Assembly (NCBI GenBank): GCA_937921685.1
Contig: CAKZUF010000037.1
Location: 1-20,000 of the forward strand
Direction of reading: 5' to 3'
DNA from: an uncultured archaeon
GTDB lineage: Archaea; Thermoproteota; Nitrososphaeria_A; Caldarchaeales; Calditenuaceae
DNA: 20,000 nt
Shown one piece after another: positions 1-8,430 of this stretch. The notes beneath the pieces are model-generated. The model was not told where the DNA came from. It saw only the letters and a program-made list of their open reading frames with translations, and ran no database searches. The translations under genes and the position numbers were made by a program. Position 1 is the first letter of the stretch. Every line of letters starts with the position of its first letter.

Positions 1-356
1 CCCTCAACACCAACACCTTCATCAGTTAAGCTTGAGGCCGAGGTCTGAAGGGACGTTTTCGCGCCCCATTTAATAGAGCTGAGGACAAATACAGCAAGAA
101 CCTCGATAGAAGGAGACAGGCTGAGCGTTGTTTTGGGCTAACAATAAATAATAAAGGACTAGAGTATGTTGAAGGGTTGATAATAGGCCGAGGAGTGTCT
201 TTAGAGGCCCTTTCACGACTAGTATTTACTTCTTTTTTAGAGTAGATGCTTAGTTTGGACTGGCCTGACACACATATGACTGCCTCCAGATGTAGAGGTC
301 TAACTAGGGCATGAATGGGCATATAATGGGCGGACTTCCTCCCCATATTCGGGATC

Positions 357-590
357 GTGAAGAACGGCGAGGTCAGGAAGATAGGCTCAACAGTCAAATC
401 CTCCGCGAAATACCACATTCCACGAGATGCTACCTATGTATTTAGGCTACACTATTCAAATGGTGGGAGGTTGTGGGTTTACCGCTATCCCCCCGATCTG
501 GACAGCTGGCAGTGTCCGGATAACGCTTTAAATACCCTAAGCCTCTGGCTACAGGTGTTGTATGAAGGGAAAAGCCCATCTATTCTTTAA
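357..590 (+). CDS. hypothetical small protein (GTG start)
   Basis: Open frame of 77 aa with plausible composition; no family recognised. Confidence 0.3.
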   Translation: MKNGEVRKIGSTVKSSAKYHIPRDATYVFRLHYSNGGRLWVYRYPPDLDSWQCPDNALNTLSLWLQVLYEGKSPSIL

Positions 591-641
591 ATACCATCCT
601 TATCCGGACAGTATCTGGTATGTTGGTGTTGTGGTGGTGTT

Positions 642-848
642 ATGAAAGTCTCCAAATATAAGAATTACTTTTGGATTACTCTAACCCTAGCCCTGATCCT
701 GACACTCCCACCGATCCTAGGCCTCCTATACCTCCGGAGCATGAGGCTCTACGGAGCCCTGGAAATAACCCTCTGGATCGTCCTCAGCCTCCTCTGGAAC
801 ACTCTAATCCTAGTACTGGTTGTGAAGGGGAGGCTCTTCTCTAAATAG
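642..848 (+). CDS. hypothetical small membrane protein (two predicted hydrophobic helices)
   Basis: 68 aa ORF starting at ATG; hydrophobic stretches WITLTLALILTLPPILGLLYL and ITLWIVLSLLWNTLILVLVV. Confidence 0.5.
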   Translation: MKVSKYKNYFWITLTLALILTLPPILGLLYLRSMRLYGALEITLWIVLSLLWNTLILVLVVKGRLFSK

Positions 849-864
849 GGGAGAAATTGGGTTT

Positions 865-1128
865 TTAGAAGCTGAGGAGCTTGACGACGATTGTGTCGTT
901 CTCCCGCCTCATGACTATTGTCTTAGCCTTGTCGAACATGGGTCTGAGCCTGGTGGGCACGTAGACTCTCCCATGCCTGTCCAAGCTTACCTGCCACCTC
1001 TCCCCTCCCGCCTCTATCACGATAAAGGCGGCTCCCCGGGACAGCTCCTTGGGAACCCGGAGCCTCCAGTAGCGCTTGAGCGTCTTAGTCACCTTCACCT
1101 CCTTCACCGAGGCGAGGCCAGACAACAC
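865..1128 (-). CDS. hypothetical small protein, possibly AbrB-like; start re-assigned to GTG at 1128
   Basis: The track ORF extends to 1197, but a TATA-like element GTTTATAT (plus-strand atataaac 1151-1158) sits about 27 nt upstream of an in-frame GTG at 1126-1128, consistent with a leaderless start VLSGLASVKEVKVTKTLKRYWRLRVPKEL. AbrB similarity is only suggestive (RVPKEL, GRVYVPTRL). Confidence 0.5.
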   Translation of the reverse strand: MLSGLASVKEVKVTKTLKRYWRLRVPKELSRGAAFIVIEAGGERWQVSLDRHGRVYVPTRLRPMFDKAKTIVMRRENDTIVVKLLSF

Positions 1129-1318
1129 ATAATGGTAATACCGGCGGATAATATAAACCCGTCTATAAACTCCTCTAAAATCGCATGTGTTAATCAAATT
1201 ATGGGACGGAAGTCTGGCTGCGCATCCCTGTCAGAGATGGCTTGCTGAACCGTTCTCCAAGCTCTAGGGCATCTTTTGGGTTAGCCTAAAATGGTGGGGT
1301 TAGGCTGTATTCTCATCG

Positions 1319-2272
1319 ATGGTTCTGAAGATTGCTGAGATGCTCGGGACGACTACGAGGTTTATGCTTGAAGGTGTTGGGAGGAGGAACACTCTTAGAG
1401 GGCTTGTTTACGCCTCGGCGACATTCCTCATCAGGTCCATCGCCCTCGGCATGATGCTTCCACTAATCTTGAGGGACGTGGTGGCGGCTTTAAGCTCCTC
1501 GCCCCCCGATGCGAGACTGCTTAACCAGGGGCTGCTATCGCTCGGGATAGTGGCGGCCGCCGTCTCAGCCAGCGAGTGGCTTCTAAAACCCTTCTGGCAG
1601 TACATGGCCCGCGGGATCGTGGAGATTAAGAGGGGCATCGTAAACCGCGCAGCCCCTGTGGGAGGAGATTCCAAAGACGTCATAGGTCGGATTGTGAGCG
1701 ACGTCGACTTTGTGATCTGGAACAACTCGACAAGCCTTACAGTGATTCTTCCGAACTTCTTGACTATGATGGCCTCGCTCGCGGCTATGATGCAGCTCAG
1801 CCCACTGCTTAGCCTCATCTCCCTCTCTCTAGTCCCGCCGCTCTTCGCCACAACCGAGTATTATGTCAGGCGGGCTGAGCAGGCCAGAAACGTTGAGAGA
1901 AGCTTCTACAGCCAGAGCATACACTTTGCCGAGAGGTTTTTGAACGGCGGAAGGGACGAGCTGCATGGCTTCCAGTACTCACTCGACAAGTGGCTGAGCG
2001 GAATATCTAGGCTGATACATTATGACAGGGTCTTCTGGTTCACGGGCCTGCTATTCGGCACCTCCCTCCCCTTCATGATCCTCTGGGCCGGTCTAAACGA
2101 GCTCAACAATGGCCGGCTCGACGTCGGGTCGCTGGCCGGCTCACTCTACGCAAGCATAAACTATTCCCTCGCGCTCGTGAACGGTTTCTGGGGCCTATGC
2201 ATGCTCGGCCAGTCGCTCGCCGCGATAAGGAGGGTTGAGGCTCTGGGCCGGGCGCGGATAGGGGCCGCCTAG
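1319..2272 (+). CDS. ABC exporter-type transmembrane domain protein lacking an ATPase domain
   Basis: 317 aa multi-helix protein with ABC type-1 exporter-like layout (GRIVSDVDFV, YVRRAEQARNVERSFYSQSIHFAERFLNG, ending SLAAIRRVEALG); no Walker A or signature motif. Confidence 0.6.
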   Translation: MVLKIAEMLGTTTRFMLEGVGRRNTLRGLVYASATFLIRSIALGMMLPLILRDVVAALSSSPPDARLLNQGLLSLGIVAAAVSASEWLLKPFWQYMARGIVEIKRGIVNRAAPVGGDSKDVIGRIVSDVDFVIWNNSTSLTVILPNFLTMMASLAAMMQLSPLLSLISLSLVPPLFATTEYYVRRAEQARNVERSFYSQSIHFAERFLNGGRDELHGFQYSLDKWLSGISRLIHYDRVFWFTGLLFGTSLPFMILWAGLNELNNGRLDVGSLAGSLYASINYSLALVNGFWGLCMLGQSLAAIRRVEALGRARIGAA

Positions 2273-2301
2273 CTCCGTGGCTAGGGCCGACGGGGGGCAA
2301 A

Positions 2302-2310
2302 GCTTTTTAC
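2302..2310 (+). promoter_or_regulatory. archaeal TATA-like box for the Gfo/Idh/MocA oxidoreductase gene
   Basis: GCTTTTTAC lies about 24 nt upstream of ATG 2330, consistent with a leaderless or short-leader transcript. Confidence 0.45.
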
Positions 2311-2329
2311 CGGTCTAGATAGTAGAGCG

Positions 2330-3391
2330 ATGCGCGGTATGGGCTCGGTAAAACTAGGTATACTGGGCTCGGGCTTCGTCGTCTCTTACTTCCATCTACC
2401 CTCGCTGAAGGAGATTCCAGGGGTCGAGCTCGTAGCTATAGGCAGCAGGAGGCAGGCGCCGGTGGAGGAGCTGGCTAGGAGATTCGGCGTGAGGAAGACA
2501 TATCATGGCGACAACTATCTGGAGAGGCTGTGCAGGGACCCTGAGATAGACTCAGTCCTCATCTGCCTCCCCAACTTCCTCCACCTCGAGGCCACGGAAC
2601 GCGCGGCGGAGAACGGCAAGAACGTGATCTGCGAGAAGCCCCTTGGAAGAAGCTCAGAAGAGGCGGAGAAGATGCTCAGCGCGGTTGAGAGGCATAAGGT
2701 CCTACACGGCTATGCTGAGAACCAGGTCTTCGCCCCACAGATCACGCGGGTTAAGGAGATGATTGACAACGGCTCGCTAGGGCGGGTCTTCTGGGTTAGG
2801 ACGAGGGAGGCGCATTTCGGCCCGCACTCCGACTGGTTCTGGAACCCGGAGCTCTCAGGCGGGGGCTCCCTGCTAGACATGGGCTGCCACTCGGTTGAGG
2901 TTGCGCGCTACTTCATCGGCGACGAGCCGGTTGAGGCTATGGGGTGGGGAGATACACTGGTCCACGGCTCTAGGACTAGGGCCGAGGACAACAGCCTCGC
3001 CTTTGTCAGGTATAGGGGCGGGCAGGTGGGTCAGTCCGAGAACAGCTGGGCAGCCCATGGGGGGCTGGACCTTAGGTATGAGGTCTACGGCTCTGAGGGC
3101 GCTGCGTTCATAGACGTGACTCGGGAGACCGGTGTAAGGGTTTTCACGGTGGCGCCGGAGGAGAGGGTTGGCTACGTGGTTGAGAAGGCGGAGGTTGCGC
3201 GGGGGTGGATGTACCCCATCTGGCGCGAACACGAGCTTTACGGCTACCTGCACGAGCTCCAACACTTCATACAAGCCTTCTCTGAGGGGAGGATGCCGAG
3301 GGAAACCTACAGGGACGGCTACATTGTCAACAAGATACTAGACGCAGCATACAAATCGATGAAAAGCGGCAGGTGGGAGAGAATCCAGTAA
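2330..3391 (+). CDS. Gfo/Idh/MocA family NAD(P)-dependent oxidoreductase
   Basis: N-terminal Rossmann motif KLGILGSGFVVSYFHLPSLKEIPGVELVAIGSR, CEKPLG motif, and C-terminal GGGSLLDMGCHSVEVARYFIG typical of the family. Confidence 0.93.
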   Translation: MRGMGSVKLGILGSGFVVSYFHLPSLKEIPGVELVAIGSRRQAPVEELARRFGVRKTYHGDNYLERLCRDPEIDSVLICLPNFLHLEATERAAENGKNVICEKPLGRSSEEAEKMLSAVERHKVLHGYAENQVFAPQITRVKEMIDNGSLGRVFWVRTREAHFGPHSDWFWNPELSGGGSLLDMGCHSVEVARYFIGDEPVEAMGWGDTLVHGSRTRAEDNSLAFVRYRGGQVGQSENSWAAHGGLDLRYEVYGSEGAAFIDVTRETGVRVFTVAPEERVGYVVEKAEVARGWMYPIWREHELYGYLHELQHFIQAFSEGRMPRETYRDGYIVNKILDAAYKSMKSGRWERIQ

Positions 3392-3425
3392 ACCTATTCG
3401 TCGCGAAGGTTAGGCGCCTCGTTTT

Positions 3426-4448
3426 TTATGGATTATCGATTTTTGTCTTAATTTTCTGCCCTAAAATCCTCAAGGCCTCAGTTATCCTATCTTTCTCTAT
3501 CCAGTAGGGCTCTAGTAATATGTGGAGACAACCCGCGTCTCTAAATTTTGCAATCCTGTCTATGCATTCTTCGACATTGCCATAAACAATTGTTGAATCG
3601 GCTAGCTTGTCGGGAACCTTATTGGCCAGCGCGTTCCAAAACTCAGGCATCAACATGAGTTCCTGCGTCCTTAAGCCTGGATGGTCGGCTCCCTGTCCGG
3701 CTGACCACTGTATGTCCGGGTATGCGGCCAAGTAGTGTTTTGCCGCGTTAAGAATGCGTTTGTAAGCATCTTCGTCCGGTTCAAAAGGGTAGAAGATTAC
3801 CGCAAGGCATGGTTCTAATTCTTCAGCCTCCCTTCCAAATTGCTCCATCGATGAATAGATCTTTTCAAGCGTTGTCTTATACGTGCTGGGCGTGTGGGAT
3901 TCAGGTATCCAGCCGTCAGCCATCCTAGCTGTTATGTCAATCATTCTAGGACCATACGATGCCAGGTAAATGGGGATGTTGCTTACTGGTTTTAATGGTG
4001 ATCCTGCCCTCTCTAAGCTGAAATGTTTGCCCTTGAAATCGGCGGGCTTTTCAGGAATAGCCCTCCAGAGAGCTTTTATTACTGCTATCCCCTCTTCAAG
4101 CCTCGCCGCTAGATGGTCTAGTCTGATGCCGTAGTAGAAGTGGCTTGACCCTGCGCCAGCACCAAGCCCAAGTATAATCCTGTTTGGGGCTATGTGGCTA
4201 AGGGACGCGAAGGCGTGTGCTGCGACCATCGGGTGTCTTCTCAACACATCGGTCACTAATGAGCCGAGAAAGAGTTTGCGCGTGCTCCACGCTAACGAGG
4301 TTAGGGCAACATATAGTTCAGGCCACTCGGCGAATGGGGCTTGATAGTCGGGGAACCAAATGCCGTCCAGTCCTACTTCTTCGCATAGACGTGCCTCTTC
4401 TAATAGCCCGGATATGGTTGAAGATGCTAAGGACCAGCTTAACTTCAT
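3426..4448 (-). CDS. LLM class (luciferase-like, probably F420-dependent) oxidoreductase, methylenetetrahydromethanopterin reductase-like
   Basis: ARLCEEVGLDGIWFPDYQ, TRKLFLGSLVTDVLRRHPMVAAHAFASLSHIAPNRIILGLGAG, and YGNVEECIDRIAKFRDAGCLHILL match the bacterial luciferase-like fold. Confidence 0.9.
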   Translation of the reverse strand: MKLSWSLASSTISGLLEEARLCEEVGLDGIWFPDYQAPFAEWPELYVALTSLAWSTRKLFLGSLVTDVLRRHPMVAAHAFASLSHIAPNRIILGLGAGAGSSHFYYGIRLDHLAARLEEGIAVIKALWRAIPEKPADFKGKHFSLERAGSPLKPVSNIPIYLASYGPRMIDITARMADGWIPESHTPSTYKTTLEKIYSSMEQFGREAEELEPCLAVIFYPFEPDEDAYKRILNAAKHYLAAYPDIQWSAGQGADHPGLRTQELMLMPEFWNALANKVPDKLADSTIVYGNVEECIDRIAKFRDAGCLHILLEPYWIEKDRITEALRILGQKIKTKIDNP

Positions 4449-4470
4449 AAATGACTCGACAATCCCTCAA

Positions 4471-4478
4471 TATTTAAG
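4471..4478 (-). promoter_or_regulatory. TATA-like box for the LLM oxidoreductase gene (leaderless)
   Basis: CTTAAATA on the minus strand, centred about 27 nt upstream of ATG 4448. Confidence 0.5.
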
Positions 4479-4583
4479 CAGTTTTGGCGCCAGTGGGGCC
4501 AGAACTGGTCGTGGTGGTCTCTCTATCATCTTAAAATAGAGAGGCGGGGGTAGTAGTGGTGTAGAGGGTCGTAACGTAAGGGC

Positions 4584-6122
4584 ATGCAGGTGCTTATCCC
4601 GGACGAGCTAGTTATCACGTCTAGGCTTATGGAGAAGTGGGTTTTGGAGAATGGTTTTGCTGGCAAGGTGCTGGTATACTCTGGAATTTTGAGGAGTTTG
4701 GAGGAGAAGCTTAGGCGGGGGGATGAGGCGGGCATTAACGCTTTCAAGAGTTTGAGGGAGGCGTGCGAGCGGGCTGGAGCCACCCTGGAGATCGTGGACG
4801 TTGAGGGTGGAGCGGCGGATTTGAGGACCGCCCTGAGGACGCTAGCAGTTAATAGTGGTGGAGAGATAGTGACCTCGGACCCCGTCACGGCTAGGCTCTG
4901 CGAGGCCCTCTCAATCAGGTTCAGATACCTTGCCCCGAGCAAGATCCTAGACCTCGAGAAGATATTCCAGGGAGGCGTAATGTCCCTCCACCTTAAGGAG
5001 TCCGTCCCTCCAAGGGTTAAGAAGGGGGTCCCGGGTGCGTGGAGGTTTGAGGAGCTGTCGGCCAGGCCGATGAGTAGGGAGGAGCTCGAGCTCATCATAG
5101 CCCAGATAATGATGGATGTCTACTCAACGCTCGGGAGGGAGTCATTCATAGAGGTGGAGAAGGGCGACACAATGATTGTCCAGCTCCGCGACTTCAGGAT
5201 CGTAATCACAAGGCCTCCGCTGAGTGACGGCTTAGAGGTCACGGTCGTGAGGCCGATAGTGAGGAAGAGCCTCGAGGACTATGACCTGCACCCGAGCCTC
5301 ATGGCGAGGCTTGTGGAGAAGGCTGAGGGCATACTCGTGGCTGGGCCGCCGGGAATGGGTAAGTCAACCTTCGCCCAGGCCTTGGCCGAGTATTACAGGT
5401 CTCTCGGCATGGTCGTCAAGACAATAGAGAGCCCCCGCGACCTCCAGGTCTCAAGCGAGATTACACAGTACTCCAAGTCAGCGGCAACCCACGGCGAGCT
5501 CTACGACGTCCTCCTGCTCAGCAGGCCGGACTACACGGTCTTCGACGAGATGAGGGATACAGACGACTTCAAGATATTCATCGACCTGAGGCTGGCGGGG
5601 ATCGGGATGGTCGGCGTCATACACGCCACGACACCAATCGACGCAATCCAGCGAGTTGCGCAGAGGCTCGACATCGGCGTAATCCCATCCGTCATAGATA
5701 CTGTGATATTCATGGATAAGGGCGCGGTCTCCAAGATATACACGCTCGAGGTTGTTGTGAAGGTTCCAAGGGGTCTTAGGAAGGCTGACCTAGCCAGGCC
5801 GACCGTCCTGGTGAAGGACTTCCTGACAGGGAATGTCGAGTATGAGCTATACGTCTTCGGCGAGAGAACATTCATAGTGCCTGCAGGCGAGGGAGGCGGG
5901 CGAGCCGAGGGTGAGGCCGACAACAAGGTAGCCGACATCGCCTCATCAATACTTGGCAAACACATCCGCGGATACAGGCTGAGGGTGGTTGGCGACCAGC
6001 TGAGGATCGAGATCCCGCCAGAGTACATGAAGGTGTATGTCAAGAAGTGTCAGAAGAGAATCTACAGGCTCTGCAGGGAGATGAACATGGCGCTGGACGT
6101 CGTCGTATTGAATGGCGGATAG
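4584..6122 (+). CDS. PIN-like domain / type II-IV secretion-type ATPase / KH domain protein (COG1855-like)
   Basis: PIN-like N-terminus ending EIVTSDPVTARL, Walker A GPPGMGKST, Walker B-like YTVFDEMRD, RLAGIGMVGVIHATTPIDAIQR, and C-terminal KH-like region GSILGKHIRGYRLRVV-type sequence. Confidence 0.9.
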   Translation: MQVLIPDELVITSRLMEKWVLENGFAGKVLVYSGILRSLEEKLRRGDEAGINAFKSLREACERAGATLEIVDVEGGAADLRTALRTLAVNSGGEIVTSDPVTARLCEALSIRFRYLAPSKILDLEKIFQGGVMSLHLKESVPPRVKKGVPGAWRFEELSARPMSREELELIIAQIMMDVYSTLGRESFIEVEKGDTMIVQLRDFRIVITRPPLSDGLEVTVVRPIVRKSLEDYDLHPSLMARLVEKAEGILVAGPPGMGKSTFAQALAEYYRSLGMVVKTIESPRDLQVSSEITQYSKSAATHGELYDVLLLSRPDYTVFDEMRDTDDFKIFIDLRLAGIGMVGVIHATTPIDAIQRVAQRLDIGVIPSVIDTVIFMDKGAVSKIYTLEVVVKVPRGLRKADLARPTVLVKDFLTGNVEYELYVFGERTFIVPAGEGGGRAEGEADNKVADIASSILGKHIRGYRLRVVGDQLRIEIPPEYMKVYVKKCQKRIYRLCREMNMALDVVVLNGG

Positions 6123-6175
6123 TCATATATGTGTAAGACGTGTGTCTGCCCTGTTATATGTTATAAGCAATAGGC

Positions 6176-6183
6176 TTAAATAT
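6176..6183 (+). promoter_or_regulatory. TATA-like box for the V4R gene (leaderless)
   Basis: CTTAAATA centred about 27 nt upstream of the TTG start at 6207. Confidence 0.5.
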
Positions 6184-6206
6184 GCTGCGGCTTCATTGAA
6201 GGCTCG

Positions 6207-7013
6207 TTGAGTAAAGAGATTATTTTCCGAGACCTTCTACTTCTAGGTCATTTTCCGGGTAGGAGAGTGGTTGGTCTGGGCGCGAGGATTCCGGACGCTG
6301 GGCCGAGCCTACAGCGGGTTATTCAGGAACTGCTCGATAGGGGGATGAGTCTCGTCTCGATCGAGGCCGCACCCAACTCAGCGAACCCCAGCGAGCTCTT
6401 CCTCCTCGCCATTATAGATGTGGGCGGCGTTGGCGAGGATGTCTTGAGAGACCTCATATCTGGGCTCGAGTCTTCAAAAATAATCAGCTCCCCCCAAATA
6501 CTCACCACCCCACTCCCCGACATCATAGGAGACACCTACTCCGACTACAAGGGATTCCTCAGATTTCGCGCACTGGTGATCGGGGAGCCGGCGCTGAGTG
6601 GTTTTCTCAGAGGGCTCTACCAGACCTTTGGGGAGGCAGGCGCAGTCTTCCTCTACCACGCCGGAAAGAATATAGGCGTCACAGCCGCGAAGATCTATTC
6701 CGACACGCTGAATGTAAGGGATCGGGATACGATGTATAGGGGTGCCGAGCTCTTCTTCCGCGCCCTAGGATATGTGAGGTATCTGAGCCTGAACCGCGGG
6801 GAGGGCAAGACTGTCACGGCGCTCCTAACCGACAACTTGGAGTGTCACATCCTCAGGGATTTCAGGCGCCCACCCACTTCTCAGTGGGTTAGAGGGATGA
6901 TTGAGGGTGCCGTGGAGGTCTTTGAGGGTGAGAGGTACGAGTCTGAGGAGGTGGAGTGCATAAACATGGGGGATAGTAGCTGTAAGATACTGCTGAGGCC
7001 GGTCTCCAGATAG
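6207..7013 (+). CDS. V4R (vinyl-4-reductase/4VR) domain protein with N-terminal ACT-like region
   Basis: RALVIGEPALSGFLRGLYQTFGEAGAVFLYHAGKNIG and C-terminal WVRGMIEGAVEVFEGERYESEEVECINMGDSSCKI are typical of V4R domains. Confidence 0.8.
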   Translation: MSKEIIFRDLLLLGHFPGRRVVGLGARIPDAGPSLQRVIQELLDRGMSLVSIEAAPNSANPSELFLLAIIDVGGVGEDVLRDLISGLESSKIISSPQILTTPLPDIIGDTYSDYKGFLRFRALVIGEPALSGFLRGLYQTFGEAGAVFLYHAGKNIGVTAAKIYSDTLNVRDRDTMYRGAELFFRALGYVRYLSLNRGEGKTVTALLTDNLECHILRDFRRPPTSQWVRGMIEGAVEVFEGERYESEEVECINMGDSSCKILLRPVSR

Positions 7014-7084
7014 TCTGTCGCGGCTACTCGCTTCTTCACACTTTTTAAAAGTTATTATTGTGCCGGCCCACCCCGCTAGTTTGG

Positions 7085-7477
7085 ATGGCTTCACCTGAGC
7101 TGGAGAACATCCTCGACCACTATAGAAATCCGCGGAACTATGGCGAGATACCGGACGCCGACATCCGCGTGAAGGACTCTAACCCACTCTGCGGCGACGT
7201 TGTCGAGATGCACATCAAGGTTAGGGATGGTGTCGTCGAGGACATCAAGTTTAGGGGGAAGGGCTGTGCGATCAGCCAGGCCTCAGCCTCCATGCTCACC
7301 CAGAGGGTAATGGGCATGAGGCTCGAGGACATCAAGAGCATTGATAGGCAGCAGATACTTGATATGCTGGGGATTGAGCTCAGCCCAGTCAGGCTCAAGT
7401 GCGCCCTCCTCAGCCTGAAGGTCCTCAAGGTCGGCGTCTACGGCTATCTCGGCGAGAAGCTCAAGCCTGAGGAGTAG
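7085..7477 (+). CDS. IscU/SufU/NifU-like iron-sulfur cluster scaffold
   Basis: ELENILDHYRNPRNYGEI, SNPLCGD, GKGCAISQASASM and RLKCALLSLKVL with three conserved cysteines. Start moved to ATG 7085; the track ORF starts upstream at 7058. Confidence 0.92.
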   Translation: MASPELENILDHYRNPRNYGEIPDADIRVKDSNPLCGDVVEMHIKVRDGVVEDIKFRGKGCAISQASASMLTQRVMGMRLEDIKSIDRQQILDMLGIELSPVRLKCALLSLKVLKVGVYGYLGEKLKPEE

Positions 7478-7479
7478 CC

Positions 7480-8187
7480 TCACCCCAGCTCTACCGGTAG
7501 GTCTGGGGAGTCCAGCAGAACCTCCCCACCCTCCAAATGCATCTTGACTGAGTGTATTTCGACGCCCCTCCCCCGCGCCGCCCTGAGCCTCTCGCAGAGG
7601 ATGGGGTCAACCCTGCAGCAGGGCCTGAAGTGTGTGCACCGTGGATGGGCGGCGATGAACGCTATAATGGCCCTCATACCCTCGCCCCTCGCCTCCACAA
7701 GCCTGTCCAGATGCCTCCTCCCCCTCTCACTAACCGTGTCAGGATACATACAGGCCCCCTCTTCCGAGAGATAGACGGCGGACTTAACCTCCAAGAGCCC
7801 GAGACCATCAGCACCCTCTATGAGATAGTCTATCCTAGAGCCCCGGTATGCGGCATCTCTGCCCCTCACAACCCAGTCCCTAAGCCAGCCTATCAGCCCC
7901 CTCCGCCAAGCCTCCTCAAAAGCCGAGACCTGCGTGTAAGGGTCTATGACAGCCGCCAAGCCCTCATCAACCTCCACCCCGACAATAACCCCCTCCGTCC
8001 TCCCACTCCCCCGGGGCGCGTAGAGGAGCGGGGCGCCGTGGTAGAGCAGGTCCAAGAGCCTCCCAGTATTCCTTGTGTGGAGCAGAACCCTCACCCCACC
8101 CGCCTCGGCCTCGACGACAAACCTGTTAAGCCTCCTAAGAGCCACTGCCCTCTCAAGCCTTAGACTCAGCAGCGCCCCGCCCGCCAA
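7480..8187 (-). CDS. sfsA: SfsA family DNA-binding/nuclease-like protein (sugar fermentation stimulation protein homolog)
   Basis: RLNRFVVEAEAGGVRVLLHTRNTGRL, DYLIEG...GLLEVKSAVYLSEEGACMYPDTVSERGRRHLDRL; TTG start. Confidence 0.92.
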   Translation of the reverse strand: MAGGALLSLRLERAVALRRLNRFVVEAEAGGVRVLLHTRNTGRLLDLLYHGAPLLYAPRGSGRTEGVIVGVEVDEGLAAVIDPYTQVSAFEEAWRRGLIGWLRDWVVRGRDAAYRGSRIDYLIEGADGLGLLEVKSAVYLSEEGACMYPDTVSERGRRHLDRLVEARGEGMRAIIAFIAAHPRCTHFRPCCRVDPILCERLRAARGRGVEIHSVKMHLEGGEVLLDSPDLPVELG

Positions 8188-8223
8188 ACCCGCCTCCCTC
8201 CATAGGCCTGGACGGCGGATGTT

Positions 8224-8231
8224 TATTTAGT
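8224..8231 (+). promoter_or_regulatory. TATA-like element TTTATTTA for 5S rRNA, possibly shared with sfsA
   Basis: Centred about 27 nt upstream of the predicted 5S 5' end at 8255; reads TAAATAAA on the minus strand, about 40 nt upstream of the sfsA start. Confidence 0.55.
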
Positions 8232-8254
8232 GGTCCAGCCCTCTCTCCCCCGGT

Positions 8255-8378
8255 GGGTTGCCGGTCATAGGGTAGGGGAAACACCCGGTCCCATCCCGAA
8301 CCCGGAAGTTAAGCCCTACCCGCCCGGCGAGTAGTGCTTTGCGGGAGCGGGCGCGAAAGCCGGGTGCTGGCAACCCAC
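8255..8378 (+). rRNA. rrf: 5S ribosomal RNA
   Basis: Terminal helix GTGGGTTGCC (8255-8264) / GGCAACCCAC (8369-8378); conserved internal CCCATCCCGAACCCGGAAGTTAAGCC and GGGAGCGG-type loop. Confidence 0.96.
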
Positions 8379-8430
8379 TCCTATCCATAGGGTTTTATCT
8401 TGTTTTGTGGGCATGGCTTGTTGAGTCTCT

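Noticed and set aside
26-418. 130 aa minus-strand ORF
   Set aside because: No domain signal and looks like a chance ORF; insufficient evidence to call a gene.
2103-2300. 65 aa ORF that might be a frameshifted ATPase domain of the ABC gene
   Set aside because: Arg/Pro/Ser-rich with no Walker A, signature or Walker B motif; it does not complete the transporter.
5531-6043. 170 aa minus-strand ORF (and 4526-5098 minus)
   Set aside because: Antisense to the PIN-ATPase gene; composition rich in Ser/Thr/Pro with no domain features.
7552-8163. 203 aa plus-strand ORF
   Set aside because: Antisense to sfsA, proline/arginine-rich, no recognisable motif.
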